From Azolla caroliniana (lineage: Eukaryota; Plantae; Polypodiophyta): DNA of 64,000 bases. Below are positions 38,701-52,900 of this stretch, in pieces. Position 1 is the stretch's first letter. The number at the start of each line of letters is the position of its first letter. Where the stretch lies: the NCBI GenBank assembly GCA_043228905.1, contig JBHGNT010000022.1, forward strand, positions 6,076,001 through 6,140,000, in the 5' to 3' direction. The position numbers were made by a program, and so were the translations under genes. The notes under the pieces are model-generated. The model saw nothing but the letters and a program-made list of their open reading frames with translations, was not told the DNA's origin and did not search any database.

Positions 38701-40110
38701 GATAATGCGGGAGAAGTATCTATCACTTAATGGTGAGGAACAATATACTTTTCTTATTTCTCATATGCAACCTGTAAGAGATCACGCCAAGGGGCTAGTT
38801 CGATTCACATTATATATTTTTCCTTGGACTGAGCACCACGTGTTGTAGAGCTGCTTTTAAAATTGCTCATAGCATTGGGAATATGAGGCTTCAAAGAATA
38901 CAACTAAGATTGGTAAAGGGATCGTGGATACCTTTTGATAAGAAATCCTTTGGTGCTAAGGTTCTTATAGGGCGTCATTCTATTAATTGGATGGGGATAT
39001 ATGTCTCAAAGCAATGTGATATTATGCCTACTACTAGGAGATTGCACTTGTCTGACAATTTCACTCGTCGTGAGGTTTATCAAAAATATAAAGATGACAT
39101 GTTGTAATAAGGTGTACCTTACATATAGTATTGACATTTCAATAGATTATGGAGGTCACAATTTAACAATGTGGTTATACAGTGTAAGGTCTGAATGGGT
39201 GTCTATTCAATATGTGTCTATAGAAAAATGATTGAGACGAGAAGTGGAAGAGAAAAGAATACTTCAATATATTATTAGGAAAACAATACAATTTTCTTGG
39301 ACTCTAAAAAGAACTACCTTTATAAGGTCTTCCTTTTTTCACAATCCCCAATCGTTGAAGCTCTTGGGCAATTGGTACACTTTCCTTCAACTTGATGTGG
39401 TGCTTCATGCCTTCTCCTCAGATTATCTGTGAATAGTCCTTTATGAATAACTTTGGAAACTTTGAAAGAAGAGAAATAAACCTTAGATTCTCTTCTCATA
39501 ATAGATTTACTAGAAAGTACTCTTCAGGGATGGTTAAGGATATCAGAGGCACAAGTAGAAAGCGAAGAAGAAAGAATCGACAGAGCACGTCTGCCCTCAC
39601 ACTGGATAATGTTGACATAGTAGTGTATGACTTCTCCTTGACCAAAACAGGTCATCTAAGACAGAACACAATCAAGATACTAAACTAGAAGATCCCAAAT
39701 GTGGCTCCAAATACTACACAAAGACAAACAAGAAGGATGTCTCATAACCACAATGAGGTTGGATTGCAATTGGATGAAGACAATGCATTGGTTGCCAGTG
39801 ATGATGAGGATGAGACCTCACAAAGCTCTTCTACTTCATTAGATCGGTTTGAAAATGATGGCATAGACTTGGAAAGCGATAGTTTTGATAAATGAACTGT
39901 AGATATATTTTGTACATAAAAATGTCAATTAACGAATATGTATAAATATAGGTGGTAGTCATTTTGTAAATTCTTTTGTAAGTTTGGCATGTTTATTATT
40001 TAGGCATTTTTAGAAAGACCTACAATTTTGGACTTGCTAAAAAACAATATATTTTTGGGTCATTTTTTGAAAGACCTACAGTTTTTTAAAATAGGTCCAT
40101 TATGCATGAT
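35770..40110 (+). mobile_element. Sola1-like TIR DNA transposon, copy 1 (deleted; right TIR not seen)
   Basis: Left end AACACCGGGACGTTTGAAACA resembles the TIR at 48399. Transposase remnants at about 38600-39690 (CCRAAFKIAHSIGNMRL, CDIMPTTRRLHLSDNFTRREVY, RLWRSQFNNV). 39560-40100 is homologous to 62668-63190. Confidence 0.7.
37140..37760. repeat. Tandem array of the palindrome AATCCGATGCA(C/G)TGCATCGGATT, including 84-bp higher-order units
   Basis: Directly visible. Gives the 28-aa periodic ORF 37186-37554. Confidence 0.92.
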
Positions 40111-40744
40111 CCATTGCCACATCACATTGGAACATGTTAGATACGATTCAAAATTTCATTCCTCTACAACCTTCCTTGCAACCAACTCTGCATGAACTTG
40201 GGTTGCAAATGCTCTACCGTTGTTCACTCCACTACCATTGTTCGCTCACATACCTTTAGCTACCACTCTAGTAACAGTTGCTAATTAGATCGCTCCACCA
40301 TTGCCATTGCCACTATTCGATCCTCCATTGCCGCCACTCTTTGCTCAGTTTCCGCCATCGATACAAAATATAGTTGGTTTTGATGGTCTCAATGGAAATG
40401 TAACAAATGTACTAGTAAATAATCTCCGGACTAGTTTAGTCAACATGAGCAAGTCAGAAGATGATATTGTCTTAAAAAAGTATAGTCTAATGATGTTACT
40501 TCATAATGATGTTGACAATCTTAACATTAGTATTCTATCTAAGGTAATTGGTGTTAGCAGAAAAAGTGTGTACAATACAATGAACCGGTTAATTTTAGGT
40601 GGTGAAGGAAGTAGTCTCTTAAAGCTAACCACAAGATGTAAGCCAATGACACCCATAACATCAGAAATCAAGGATATAATCACCATATTTTGGACTAATG
40701 AGAGTAGGGTTTCACCCGATAAGAAAGATTTGTGTTGGAAACGT

Positions 40745-41479
40745 TGTCGTGCCTTTCAGCGTCAGATCGTTTGCGTGAGTCGGGTGGAAACCGCTGGGGT
40801 TTTGGACTAGGAAGAGGAGAGGTTTAAGGCTAATAAGAATATAAATATGTTGTAAGAAAGAGTTATAGCAAACTCGTGAATCCCACGAGTGTATTGTATT
40901 AGATTAATCAATATGAATATAAGAATATAAATTTGGGTTGAAAGAGAATGATATAGAATCCTCGTGAATCCCACGAGTATAGTTTATTAATTGGTGTTTT
41001 TTAGAAATATATCCAGTTTCCAAGTATTTCACACACCTATTACATTGTGCTCCCCATCCTTATGTAGTGATGAGGGAGTCCATGCTTTTTTTTCTAACTA
41101 TAGACTCCATGCTTTTCCTATAGATAGACTATATGTTTTATCTAAAGTGATCATGCTTTTTCTAACTTGTGCGTTTTTTATCAACTATAGCGTTCATGCA
41201 CGCTAGATGTGCATGCGTAGCTTTTTCTTTTAGCATGTGTTTTCTTTTAACTAAAGTTTATCCTAGGTGAACTAAGGTTTCTATATGGAACATCTATTTT
41301 TGAACACTAATGAAATGCTAGTGTAATGGTAAGACATTACATTATTAACATGGAGGTGCAAGGTTTGAATCTTGCCCTATGCATGTTATATATATTTTAA
41401 TATTTTCTACTATTTATTCATATTTATTAAATCGATACTTTATAAGTTTTTCACGTAGTGTACGAAATACACTAAAACA
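40745..41479. mobile_element. Solo LTR (735 bp) inserted in transposase exon 1
   Basis: TG...CA ends and duplicated ACGT at 40741-40744 and 41480-41483. Absent from copy A at about 6755. Confidence 0.8.
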
Positions 41480-41689
41480 ACGTTTTGGAAGGAATCAATA
41501 CGGGGAGCATCCCATTCATCTTCTTGATGTACCTCAAGTATCTACATTTATCTAAGTCTTGTACCTTAGTATTTGAAGTTCTAGCTTGCTTATTAGCCAC
41601 AAATATTTTATTCTCTTCGGATTATTAAGCTTATTGTCACAAGTAGCTAGCACCATAGTAGAAAACCTATTCTACATGTTACAATAACT

Positions 41690-42135
41690 CATTAGCTACA
41701 GGTAGTGGTCAAAGCTCATTAGCATCTGGTAGTGTCCATAGCTAATTAGCTACACCAACTATTGGATTTAGCTAAATAACGAGATCAGCTAAAGTCCTAA
41801 GCTAATTAGCGATATCAACTAGTGACCTTAGCTTTTTAGCGATATTATCTAGTGGCCTTAGCTTTTTAGTGATAACACCTACTGGCCTTAACTAATTAGC
41901 CATATCAGCGACATGCCTTAACTATTTAGCGATATCAGTTAGTGGCCTTAGATTTTTAGTGATATCAACTAGTGGTTTTAATTAATTAGCGATATCTACA
42001 AGTGGACTTAGCTTTTTAGCGATATCAGCTAGTGGCCTTAACTAATTAGCGATATCAGCTAGTGGACTTAGCTTTTTAGAGATATCAGCTAGTGGACTTA
42101 GCTTTTTAGTGATATAAGCTAATTAGCTACATCCA
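41690..42135. repeat. Intronic ~30-bp tandem repeat (F1 family)
   Basis: TTAGCGATATCAGCTAGTGG(C/A)CTTAGCT units. Confidence 0.9.
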
Positions 42136-44153
42136 TTATTAGTCAAAGCTAGTTAGTTATATCCACTAAAGGCTCCCTTCTTTTTACACAAGTTGATTGA
42201 TTTATTAGTCTCAAGCAAGTGCATCCAACAATCAAAGTTCAATTACGAGAATCCGTGTCTCTTAAACCATTCTTTTTGAGACACTTGAAGGATCGATTCA
42301 CTTGTTCCATTTAACATGTACAAATGGGTTTTTTCAAGGATTCTATTAATCTACGTCACCATAGCTCCTCGCTACAAGATGTGGTATGCACTTGTGACTG
42401 CCCAATTTGCCAATTTGTACCCAGACCGACCACTGTAAGTCATCAGAGCATGTATGCATATCAATGTGTGGTCTTTTAGGTTAGGTTTTGTGCTCGAGAG
42501 GATTTGAGGTTATCTTCCAGAATTATAAATTTGGCATGGGTATATGTCAAGATTGTGGACCTAATACATTTAGGTGGTGTCCAAAAGAGTTGAGGAGTAA
42601 AATATTAATCCTTGTTAAGTTATTTGAAACTATGGACACAACTTTCGAAGGGAAGGTGTGTAAACGAAAGGATCTAGTTAGGAAGTCACTTAAACCAAGG
42701 GATTTGGCATCTCTTTTTGTTGTATCTCTAGGGAAGTTCATTAAAAAGAACTTTATTTATTCATGGCAATCCCATCAATTTAAGACTTGCATATTTGATT
42801 TTTCAAATGATGTAATAGTCTTAGTTGTAGATTTCACAAAGAGTTATACTTTCAATGAGCAGAATGAAATTCAATCCATGCATTGGGCCTTAGTGCAAGT
42901 AACCATTTTTGTGCGCATAACTTATTATCGAGTTTCAGGCGATGTTAAGAAAGCAATTGATTTCTTTATATATGATGATAAAAAGGATGGTACCTAGTTT
43001 GTCCAACACTATTATAAGTTACATTGGCAATGGTTATTATGTCAGTGCCAAGGAATTCCCGAATTGCATTCTCTACACTCTGTTCGGGGTTATTCTATGA
43101 GGGATGGTCATTGTATTGGAGTTAGGGAGTTAACATGTTTTTGCTACCATTGTGTGTAGGAAAATTGGAGGCAATGTTTAAACAAAGCATATATTCAGAA
43201 TTGGGAGTACCATACATTGATCGATAAGGAAGCAATTGAAGGAGAGACAAAAGACACACAGGAGTTCACACATCAGGGATGTGGAGACATTCTAAGTGAT
43301 TTCATGTACGTTGGGGATACATTCACTGTACATGCAGAAGAAGGAAATTCAAAGGGTGTTGATTTCTACTTTTTGAAGTGCACAGTTTGTAAACAATGTG
43401 CACTACAAAATATTGTAGATGCTTGGGGAAATTTTGTATCTGCTAGGACATTCTACAACAAAGGTATTTTTTATGCAAGACTGGATGAATACGGTTATGT
43501 GTATAGACTTTTAGAAGACAAACCAGTAGCCAATATGTAGTCCCATTTGGTCAGGTGCATCAAAGTACCAATGTCGCAATACAAGAGCTACACAGATTTA
43601 TACACAGTTAGTGTTGATGTGTATGAATGTATTTACAACACCATGCCATGGAATTTGTAGCTCGCATGAGATCATAGTTTGAATCTTGCAAAATGGACAA
43701 ACCAATTGTATTGCAAAATACTTCTTTAATAATATTATCATTGGAATTGTGTCTATTTATGTAGTATTCTTTCTATTATTATTACGTATCTTGAGCATGT
43801 GAAGAATCTACTGTCAACTAATTTATGTTTGGATATTGAAGATTAACTTGGGTATTCCATAGGTTGTCTACTAATTTCCTTATTTTTTAAGAAACAACTT
43901 TCAGTTTTACATATTGCCTTTAGACGAAATTAGCAGCTTTCAGTTTTATTGTCTATAATAAGAAACTTTTAGTTTTACTGTCTATAATAAACAACTTTCA
44001 GTTTTATTACCCTTAAATGAATCCAGTACAAATTCAAAAAGATTCCCAAAGTCAAAGAACATACAATATGGTCTACAAATTTGAATAGTTGAAAACAAAG
44101 TAGTTATAAGTTATGGACTTTATCATTTCTATGAATGTCACTAAATTACATTG

Positions 44154-45728
44154 TTATAATACACCATTGGCAAGGTCTACGAATTTCCAATAAATTGTTA
44201 AGCTCTTGGTTGTTATTGGAAGTTCTCTACATATCTGCTTTGCATACCGGTCTCAATATGGAGTCCACAACCATGAGTGAAGTTGGCAACTAAGAGTTTC
44301 CACCAAGTAGTTGTTTGGCATCACATCAGGCATAATGAGACAATATTTGCAAAGGTTGAGGTAATGCCGGAAATGTTCTGTATCCACAATTAAGGTATTG
44401 TCGGCATTGTATTCTAGCCATGTCCAAAAATCAGAAAGTTGCTTGAACCTTACAATATCCTTCTGCTCATAGTTTTCCCTTGTCCACTTACCCTAAAAAT
44501 GGTGTTTCCACCTTGGGAATATTCTCTCCACACACTTCCAGACTTAGTTACGTGGTTTATCACTCCAAATAAACAAATCAAACCATTGCACAACCCCTGA
44601 TAGAAATTGATTTGTGTCCCTCCTTGCTGTCATGAATCACACACTCATGAGGACTTTATCAAGCTCCAAAATCAAAGCTCTCTTTTCTTCTTCTCATGGT
44701 TTTGGTTTCCATTCCTGCAACTCAGCCTCTGTTACACCAACCTTGGGTAGCACTCAATGAATTTCAATCAACATAGGTTCTGTCAAAAAAATTGGTGTCC
44801 TTTTCCTCTTCACACCCTTGGTCGTGAGATGAGCCCAATAGTAACGGTTGTTGCATCTACTTGCAAAATCAGATCATCTGTGCACCATGCTTGATCTACT
44901 TGATTGACCAGATCATCTGTGTCAGTTGGTACATCTACTCTTAGTGACATCATCAGTTTCCACACTACCATTCTCCTTTGCTACCAGAGATTCATACCCT
45001 TTACTCTCGGTAACATCAGAAAAAACCAGCATGTTCACACTCACAAAGTAGCTAACAGTCTTACAAAACAATATTATCAACATAAAATATTTCACAAAAA
45101 AACATATTGTTATTTCAATATTCATTGTAGAGTTACATTACATGATGGGGATTAAGCAACAACCAAAAATGGGTTTACTTGTCCATACATCACTTATACA
45201 TTAATTTTCGAAAGGAGAAATAGTTGCATATGTATTCGACTAAACATTGTGTCCCTAGCCCCGTGATTGAGTAATTAGCCTTGTCCCCGATTGAGCCCCT
45301 TTTTTCAACCTTTTTTTAGACGGTTGCCCATTTTGCCTTGCTTCTTTCACACATTGAGCAAGTGTGACCTCCTCTGACAACCTATCCACCACCACCTTTG
45401 ATCGCGTGTCAGCAACTTCTTCCACTAGTTGTTCTTGAAAAGAGTGGGATCTGCTGCAACATCATCAGGTTGGGGTTGATTCAAGGTTCTGGGACTCGAA
45501 GAATTGTTGCATCAAGTTTTCAAAAACATTGTTATTATGCACCTTAGATTTACACGTTGGGTCGCGTATTTCATTTTTTTTCCCAGACTTGCATAATTCA
45601 CTACAATCTTCCACAAGAATAGGGTGAAGCTTATTTGAAGGAGATGTCTGGGTAGGAATCTTACTCTGAGACACATTGCCAAATAGCTCTGCAATCTGTT
45701 GCAATGTTATCGCAACTGGGCACATCAT
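44154..45728 (-). pseudogene. Convergent cargo gene of Sola2-like F1 with a degenerate FCP1/SCP (NIF, HAD) phosphatase-like domain
   Basis: Manual translation of 44750 to 44154: KRALILELDKVLMSV*FMTARRDTNQFLSGVVQWFDLFIWSDKPRN*VWKCVERIFP...WTRENY...FKQLSDFWTWLEYNADNTLIVDTEHFRHYLN. Upstream exon-like ORF at 45465-45728. Confidence 0.65.
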
Positions 45729-45957
45729 GCACGTGAGTTAATCCCTGAGGTTCTACAACAAAATGTATCGGCTAATTAGCGGTTGGTAATTCTAGTAAGC
45801 TATAATAGTTATTTAGCTACCACACTACCTATTTGTACGTTGGGAAGCTAATTACCTACCATTCTCTCACAGTTTTAGCTAATTAGTTAACAATCTTCTA
45901 CTTCTTCTGGTAATTAGTTATAAAGAATAAGATATGATTCTGTGTGCAGCGGAAGGG

Positions 45958-45989
45958 GTGTGTGTGTGTGTGTGGTCGAGCGAGAGACA

Positions 45990-46026
<37 letters not shown>

Positions 46027-46082
46027 ATAGATAGATAGATAGATAGATAAACAGATAGATAGATAGATAGATAAATAGATTA
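45958..46082. repeat. (GT)n/(GA)n/(GATA)n microsatellite, probably including the LINE 3' tail
   Basis: Directly visible and abuts the 3' end of the minus-strand LINE. Confidence 0.85.
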
Positions 46083-48398
46083 TATTATCGTTTTTGGAGG
46101 TCAAATATGACGTATGAGACCGAAAATATTACATTTCACGTGATACGTGTGAAAGTGAGTAGCGACTCTCGATGTTCAAGAACTTTACCGATAAATGTTT
46201 CAATTGAGAGTGCACATCGTGGTTGTGTGAGAATTTCGTGCAAGGATTGGGCTCGGGTCGAAGAGATGTGGAAAACATGGTTGAATATGATCAAAGGCAA
46301 AGCATTGTATCAAAGTGTGATACTCAGACTCTCGAACTTGTTTAAGGCAAAGTGTGCATAGCCGGCCACTCTCATCACTTGTGCCCCAACGCTTCGTCTC
46401 ATATCGCAATGCATGCGATCTAAGTCGGATTGGAAGCAATGGTTCGAATGGCAGATATCACGATGGGCTCTAACAAGTATCGATGTGTACAGCTTCCCCG
46501 TTCCACGAAGAATATAGTTTTGTAGTTAGTTGCAACATGTGTCATATAATGCACGAAGCTTGAGCCTCCACATTTGTCCCATGTCATGATACATTGGCAT
46601 TGCAAAAAGGCCTCATTTAGAGAGGAATCTACTGATTCGTCATGAAGCAAGTGTCTTGCATGCCATCTACCAAACCATTTTTCTATATCTTGCATCCAAC
46701 CGGAACTCAAAATTTTGCTTTTATGTGTCTTTTGGATCTTTTTGCTTGCTTCCCATGCAATGGGAAGCGATCCCGTAATTTGAGGGGCTTTTTTGAACCT
46801 TAAGCATGTATTCAACAACCATTTCCATGGCCATGATCTCAATGGGAAGCGATCCCATCTTAAGGAGGAGGAGGGTCTAGGGTGTTTGTTTCTTAACTTA
46901 TAGAAACATTCTAAGAAAATGTTTTTGGACATTTTGAAACTCTTTCCACATAGATTTAACGATGTTACCGCCCCATACTTACACTCCATAGAGAAGAACC
47001 GGTGTCACCAAACTGTGGAAAAGATATTTCTTGAGGACCCAACACTTAATATCTCCAAGATTGCATTTGTTCTCAAATGCATAGTATGCACACTTACCCA
47101 CCTCTAAGCGATGGAAAGCACATTCATTCCATCGATGATTTGAAGGGACCTCAAGGTCAAGATATTTGAAGCTTTCCACACATTCAAGTGGCACATTGTT
47201 GTACATAATGCATGGTTTATCTCTTTTTTGACTCTTCACAAGCATAATCTTTGTTTTAGAGCTATTGACACATAATTTAGTATGCATGCAAATTTTTTCT
47301 AATGCCTTCATAAGCTTTTATGCATCTTCCAAAGTATTTGCAAAAAGCACTACATGATCCACATATAACAAAAGCATAATCACAACATTCCCAATCACAA
47401 CTTCTTCAACACATTCTTCCTTTACAAACTTGGTAACCATTTCTTCCAATTCAACAATGCATATACCAAATAATGTTAGCGTGGGCATCCTTGCTTAACA
47501 CCAAAAGTATTATTGGAAAAATCTGAAAGTTTATGTCTCTTACGTACACAACATATAACCTTCTCATATATTCGGGAAATTGCAAACATATATTCACTTG
47601 GCAGCTCAAGTTCTTCGATTCGCCTCCAAAGCTGCTCACGAGGTACCATATCAAAAGCTTTCTTGAAGTCTACAAAGCAACAATATAAACCTTTACCTCT
47701 AAGGCGACATTCCTCCATTAACACTCTAAGGGTGAGAAGATGATCAATGATGTTGTGGTGTTTTCGAAAGCCAGCTTGTCCATAAGCTCTCTTACCATTT
47801 TTTTCAGCCCATACACTTATCTTTGATTCCATTATACATCCAAATAGTTTTGCCATTAACGGGCGAACCATGATGGTTCGATAGTTGTTTACATTATTTA
47901 CATCTCAACCTTTGTGTAAAGGTTTGATCCAATTTGTAGTCTAATCATACGACATACCATGTTGCAATGCACCATTAAACATATCGCTTATCCATACATG
48001 TGCTTCCTTTGCCGTCCATTTGAGCATTTCAGCCTTTCGAGAGGCCAATTTCTTGAGTCGTATGCATATATCTTCAATTGTAAAGAAGGGAGACATATGT
48101 GAAATAGAAGCATAACACATCATCTTTCCGGCAACAAATAACTCATATACATTCTTACAATGCATAGACAAGTCATGAAGACTTAAGTCACCATAACTCT
48201 CAACATGTTTCCCCAAAATTTAGCACATGTATGTGCTTTCTATTGCGTTTGGAGAAGTTGTTGAGTAACTTCCCATATTCGTCTCTTTCTTTGAATAAGC
48301 CTTTTATAGTCATGCAAATGCTTTTGGTAATTTTCTTTATCCTTAACTACATCCAAAATCATAAGGCACTTTCGAGCTTCATGACATTCTTTATCAAA
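46083..48398 (-). mobile_element. RTE-like LINE, 3' part (RT and C-terminal zinc knuckle); continues at 63286-64000
   Basis: QAGFRKHH, CFVDFKKAFDMVPR, GVKQGCP, KTKIML, FKYL, RSHALRYET...LCTLC...ESEYHTLIQC. The frame KWFDKEC is restored by joining 63290 to 48398. Confidence 0.92.
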
Positions 48399-48798
48399 AA
48401 CCCTGGGTCATTTGAAACAGGTAATATGTCGCATTCTCTTTTTCATATCTTAGTGAGATGTTAAAAAATGCCTTATTTAAGGGTCGAAGCATGCTACGGT
48501 GTACCAATTTTTGGCCAAAAATTTAGTACTAAATCGAAGAAGAAAATAAACATTAAAAATTGTAAATAAATTTCAAAAAACAAAAAACAAATTCATTACG
48601 TTACACTCGAATGCACAAAGATATTATACGTCACACTCGAAATGTCCCTAGACCATATTTGATACATTAATTGTTGCCCCTGTCTCCTATGTAGAGTTGT
48701 ACGAAAGCACACCTGGAGAAGGTATCCATTGTGACAGTTGGTCAGTCTCAGTATCTCTCTCTCTCTCTCTGGTATGGGTAGTCGAACGTGTCAGTTGG

Positions 48799-48838
<40 letters not shown>

Positions 48839-49905
48839 GTCTCGAAGTTGTCAGACCGATAGTGGCAAAAAGTTAAAGAAAGACGACATATCTATTACAG
48901 GTCTATCTCTCTCTTTCTCTCTCTCACTCCACCTTCGAAGCTCTATTTCTTTCTTTCTTTCTATTTCTCTCTCTCACTCCACCTTCGAAGCTCTGTTTCT
49001 TTCTTTCTTTCTATTTCTCTCTCTCACTCCACCTTCGATTCTCTGTTTCCCCGCATAGCTGTTCTTGTGTCCCCCTCTGTGCCAAGTTCGATCTCTGAAC
49101 TCTGTTCTTGTTTCCCCTGCTCGTTGTATGTGTTGTTGATTTTCCTTCCTTGTGTATGCTCGTTTGTCTCCTCTGCAACAGCCTCGTCAACAACCTCTTG
49201 CATATAGGTGATTTTGAAGGCTTGGTGTGCTCCCAAGGTGTCGAAATCAACACGATGTGGTACCTCTGCAAGTTGTACGACCTCCAGGTATTCTCTGTGT
49301 TGCATGCCCAACTGGTATGTTTTCTTTTTCTGAATGTTTCTTGTCTGTCAGTTTTTTATTTGCATGTGTATGGCCATTTTTAGGTTTTGATTATTCATAG
49401 TCTATGTGTTGCATGCCCAACTAGTATGTTTTTGTTTTCTCTGTGTTTCTTTTAAAAATGTATGACAATATTTTGATCGAGGTGGTTGTGTGTTAGACAT
49501 GTTTGTACATGCAACGTAAATGGAGTTGGCTATGATGAGTTGCTATGTTTTCGTTTTGTTCTTGTTTCTTGTCCATCTGTTTTATTTTGTGTGAGTTTGA
49601 CATGGATGAGTTTTTTTCCGACTATTTTGGGTTTTTGTGTGTTTGACATGGCTTGTACATGCGATGTGATGGAGTTGGCTATGATGATTTACAATGTTTT
49701 CGTTTTCTTTGACTTTCCTATCCGTCTGTTTTTATTGTCTGTGTGTTTGACATGGATGAGTTTTTTTCCGACTATTTAGGGTTATTGTGTGTTTGACATG
49801 GTTTGTACATGCAATGTGATGATTTGCTATGTGTTGATGGTAATTGCTTGAGTTTTCTTCTAGTACATGCATATTCATTCCCTGAGAATTGTGTTGACTA
49901 GGACA

Positions 49906-52900
49906 ATGACGAGAAGGACACCCATAAAGAAGACATTGATGAAAGAGAAAGTGAAGACACCAATGAAGGAAGGAAGAAGGACACCCATGAAAGAAAGCAA
50001 GAAGACACCCACAAGAGAAAGGGTGATGAATTCATCAACACAGAGAAAGAAGATGTACCACTCCATCAGTCGAGACACACCTCTTGGATGGAATTATTTC
50101 CTTCGAGCACGACCTGACGTTTATCCAGAGCTGAGAGAGTGGTTGTTAAAAACCTGGAGGTCAGCACATCCCGACACAAGGCGAGGATTCCACATAAGTG
50201 GTTTGAAGAGGGAATACATGAATTTATTGAAGACGAGATACGAACATGTTTATGATACAAATCAAATCACTAACAATGAGGTGGGTACTGTTTTTGCACG
50301 TGCTTTTGCATGTGAAGTTCAAGGTGGCATTGACGTAAATTGGGATGATTTTAATCGGCACCGGTCAGAACATTACAAAGGGTCCTCCAGTACCAACACT
50401 GGCTTGAAGTCATCTGGAACCTCTCATGTGGATATTCCGGCTACAACACCTGTCCACCAAGTTCTAGAGGCAAAGGTACAAGCCACAATGACTGAAAACC
50501 ATGAACAGATGATGGCCGGTTGCATAGCTTCTATGAGCTCAAGAATACAAGCACTACTTGCTGATTTGGAAGCAGTTAAATCAGCTGAGATACAGGCAGA
50601 AAAGAAATTTTCTTCAATAAAAACTACATATGAATGGATTGCATCGACAATCCAAAATTCAGAAAGTGAGATGTTGAAAGAGGAGTTGAAGAAAGAGCTG
50701 AACAATAGGGGCACTCAATTAGGTTCACAAATGAGAGACCTTGATACTTGCAGGAATGCACATGAAGAAATAGATAATAAGTTGTCAGCCTTAAAGTTGC
50801 ATTCTGAGAACCTTGCATGCTTGATGCAGGATTTAAAACAAAATGGTTTTGATACTTTGTGTACATCTGTAATTGAGCATCCAAGTGGTATAGAAAGTAC
50901 CATTACTAGTATAGCTATAACACGGTATTGGCTTTAAAAGTTATTTATTTCTACTTCTCTGGTATAAATAAGTGAGCAGCTAATATATTATAACTTGTGT
51001 TTGCAATCTTCCAAGTGTATATTTTGTGGCCTCGGATTCAAGCTGGAGGCTATGGATGTTGTGATTACACCATGCTTGCACACATATTATGTGCTATGTG
51101 CTAAGTATCATTTTGAGAAAGAGAATACATGTATGGACTGTAAAACTACAATTGCGGCTGAGTGGTACTATGCTTGGGGTTTAAAAGTACACCCGTACGG
51201 TATGTGGCTCTACTATTCTATTGTTTGTATTATATGATGTCAATTAACATTTGGACTAGAACTAGTAGTACTAAAAGGGAACCATGTACAACATCGTCCA
51301 ATCTATATTGCAACTTGCCTAGTATTAGTTTAGTAAACACTATACTTATAGTACACTGTTGACTGTTAGTATTGTTTGTGTAACTTGGGAATTAGTACTA
51401 GTAAGGTAATTTGGGAACAAGGTGTATAGTAAATTGCTGAATAATAGTACAGTTATTGTAATTTGGAAATGAGGTGTGTCAAACACATATCACGTTTAGT
51501 ACTAATATTGTTCAAGATTAATACTGTTGGTGTAATTAGTACAAGTTATGTAACTAGGTGTGTAGAACACATATCACGTTTAGTATTACTTGTATGCAAA
51601 ATACCAATCTACATTTGTTGGATTAGTACTTAGTAAGTACTACATGGTTCATGATTAGTACTAGTTCTGTACTTTGTGAACTAAGTTACTAGTACATTGC
51701 TCATGATTAATACTAGTTTTGTAATTTGGGAACTGAGTAGTACTTTGTTCCTTATTAGTACTAGTTTTGTACCTTATCAGTACTAGATCAGTAATCTAGA
51801 AAATAAGTGAGTAGTACATTTTGTAGGATTAGTACTAATTGTGTAATTTGACTAAGTCAGTGGTACATTGTTGAGTAGTACATTGTTCAGGATTAGTACT
51901 AATTGTGTAATTTGACTAAGTCAGTGGTACATTGTTCGGGATTAGTACTCCTTGTGTAATTTGGTAACTAAGTGAGTAGTATATTGTGCATGATTAGTAT
52001 TACTTGTGTAAATTGGGAACTAAGTGAGTAGTACAGTGTTCCTTATTAGTACTAGTTTAGTAATTTAGGAACTATGTGAGTAGTACATTGTTCATGATTG
52101 GTACATTGTGTAATATGGGAAGCAGCTCTTGTGACCTACATTATATATTTTAGATGATGGTACTAACATTCAAGGTTTTTTTGTTTCTTGCAATGAATGT
52201 TGTAGTGTCAAGCAACTCCACGCCAGGGAAGGTAATGGAACAACCAGCCCCTGTGCCTAAACCCTCAATATCTGCTACACATTCCAAGGTTCAGGGACCA
52301 TCATTACCAATAACCTATGATTTTTATGATGAGGATGAATGTATGAGAAGGGCCATTGGAGCAGTGGAACATATGCTTCTACAAACAAATTCCCCAAGCT
52401 CCGGTCAACATCAAGAAATAGAGCCTTCTAAGAAGAGAAATGCAGTTTCTTTACAAATAGAGCCCAGTAAGAAGAGAAATGCTGCAAGAATGTTGTATGG
52501 AAACGGTAAGAAAGGCAAAGTTGAATGCAATGGTGAGTCATATAAGTTCTCACCTGTCCGGAGCATTGTCAACCTAATCCATTGTCTAATACCAAGTACT
52601 TGTGTTACTAGCTGATGACGAAATGATATTTGGTGACGGAGATACGAGTCCAAAACCTGATCGTGAAGACAAATTTATCACACTCCCAAGTACACGTCAA
52701 AAGCCAGACTTTGAAAACAATGATTTAGCTCATAACAACCCTATTTTTGTTGCTATTATAGATCATAACAACATTGTTGAGCACCTAGATGTTGTGGAGA
52801 AGATGACCGAGCCCACCACTTGCAATGGGGTATCTACGGCTATACAGTATGACAATGTAACATTAGGTAAAAATGTGGCCCTAAACCCTATGTTCATTGT

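Larger units (their letters stand above)
40360..43659 (+). pseudogene. Sola2-like transposase F1 copy B, split by a solo LTR and lacking the SDG-to-HGKG segment
   Basis: Colinear with 6380-8073 plus 20942-22300. VVDFTKSYTFNEQNEIQSMHW. Deletion junction at about 43045. Confidence 0.85.
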
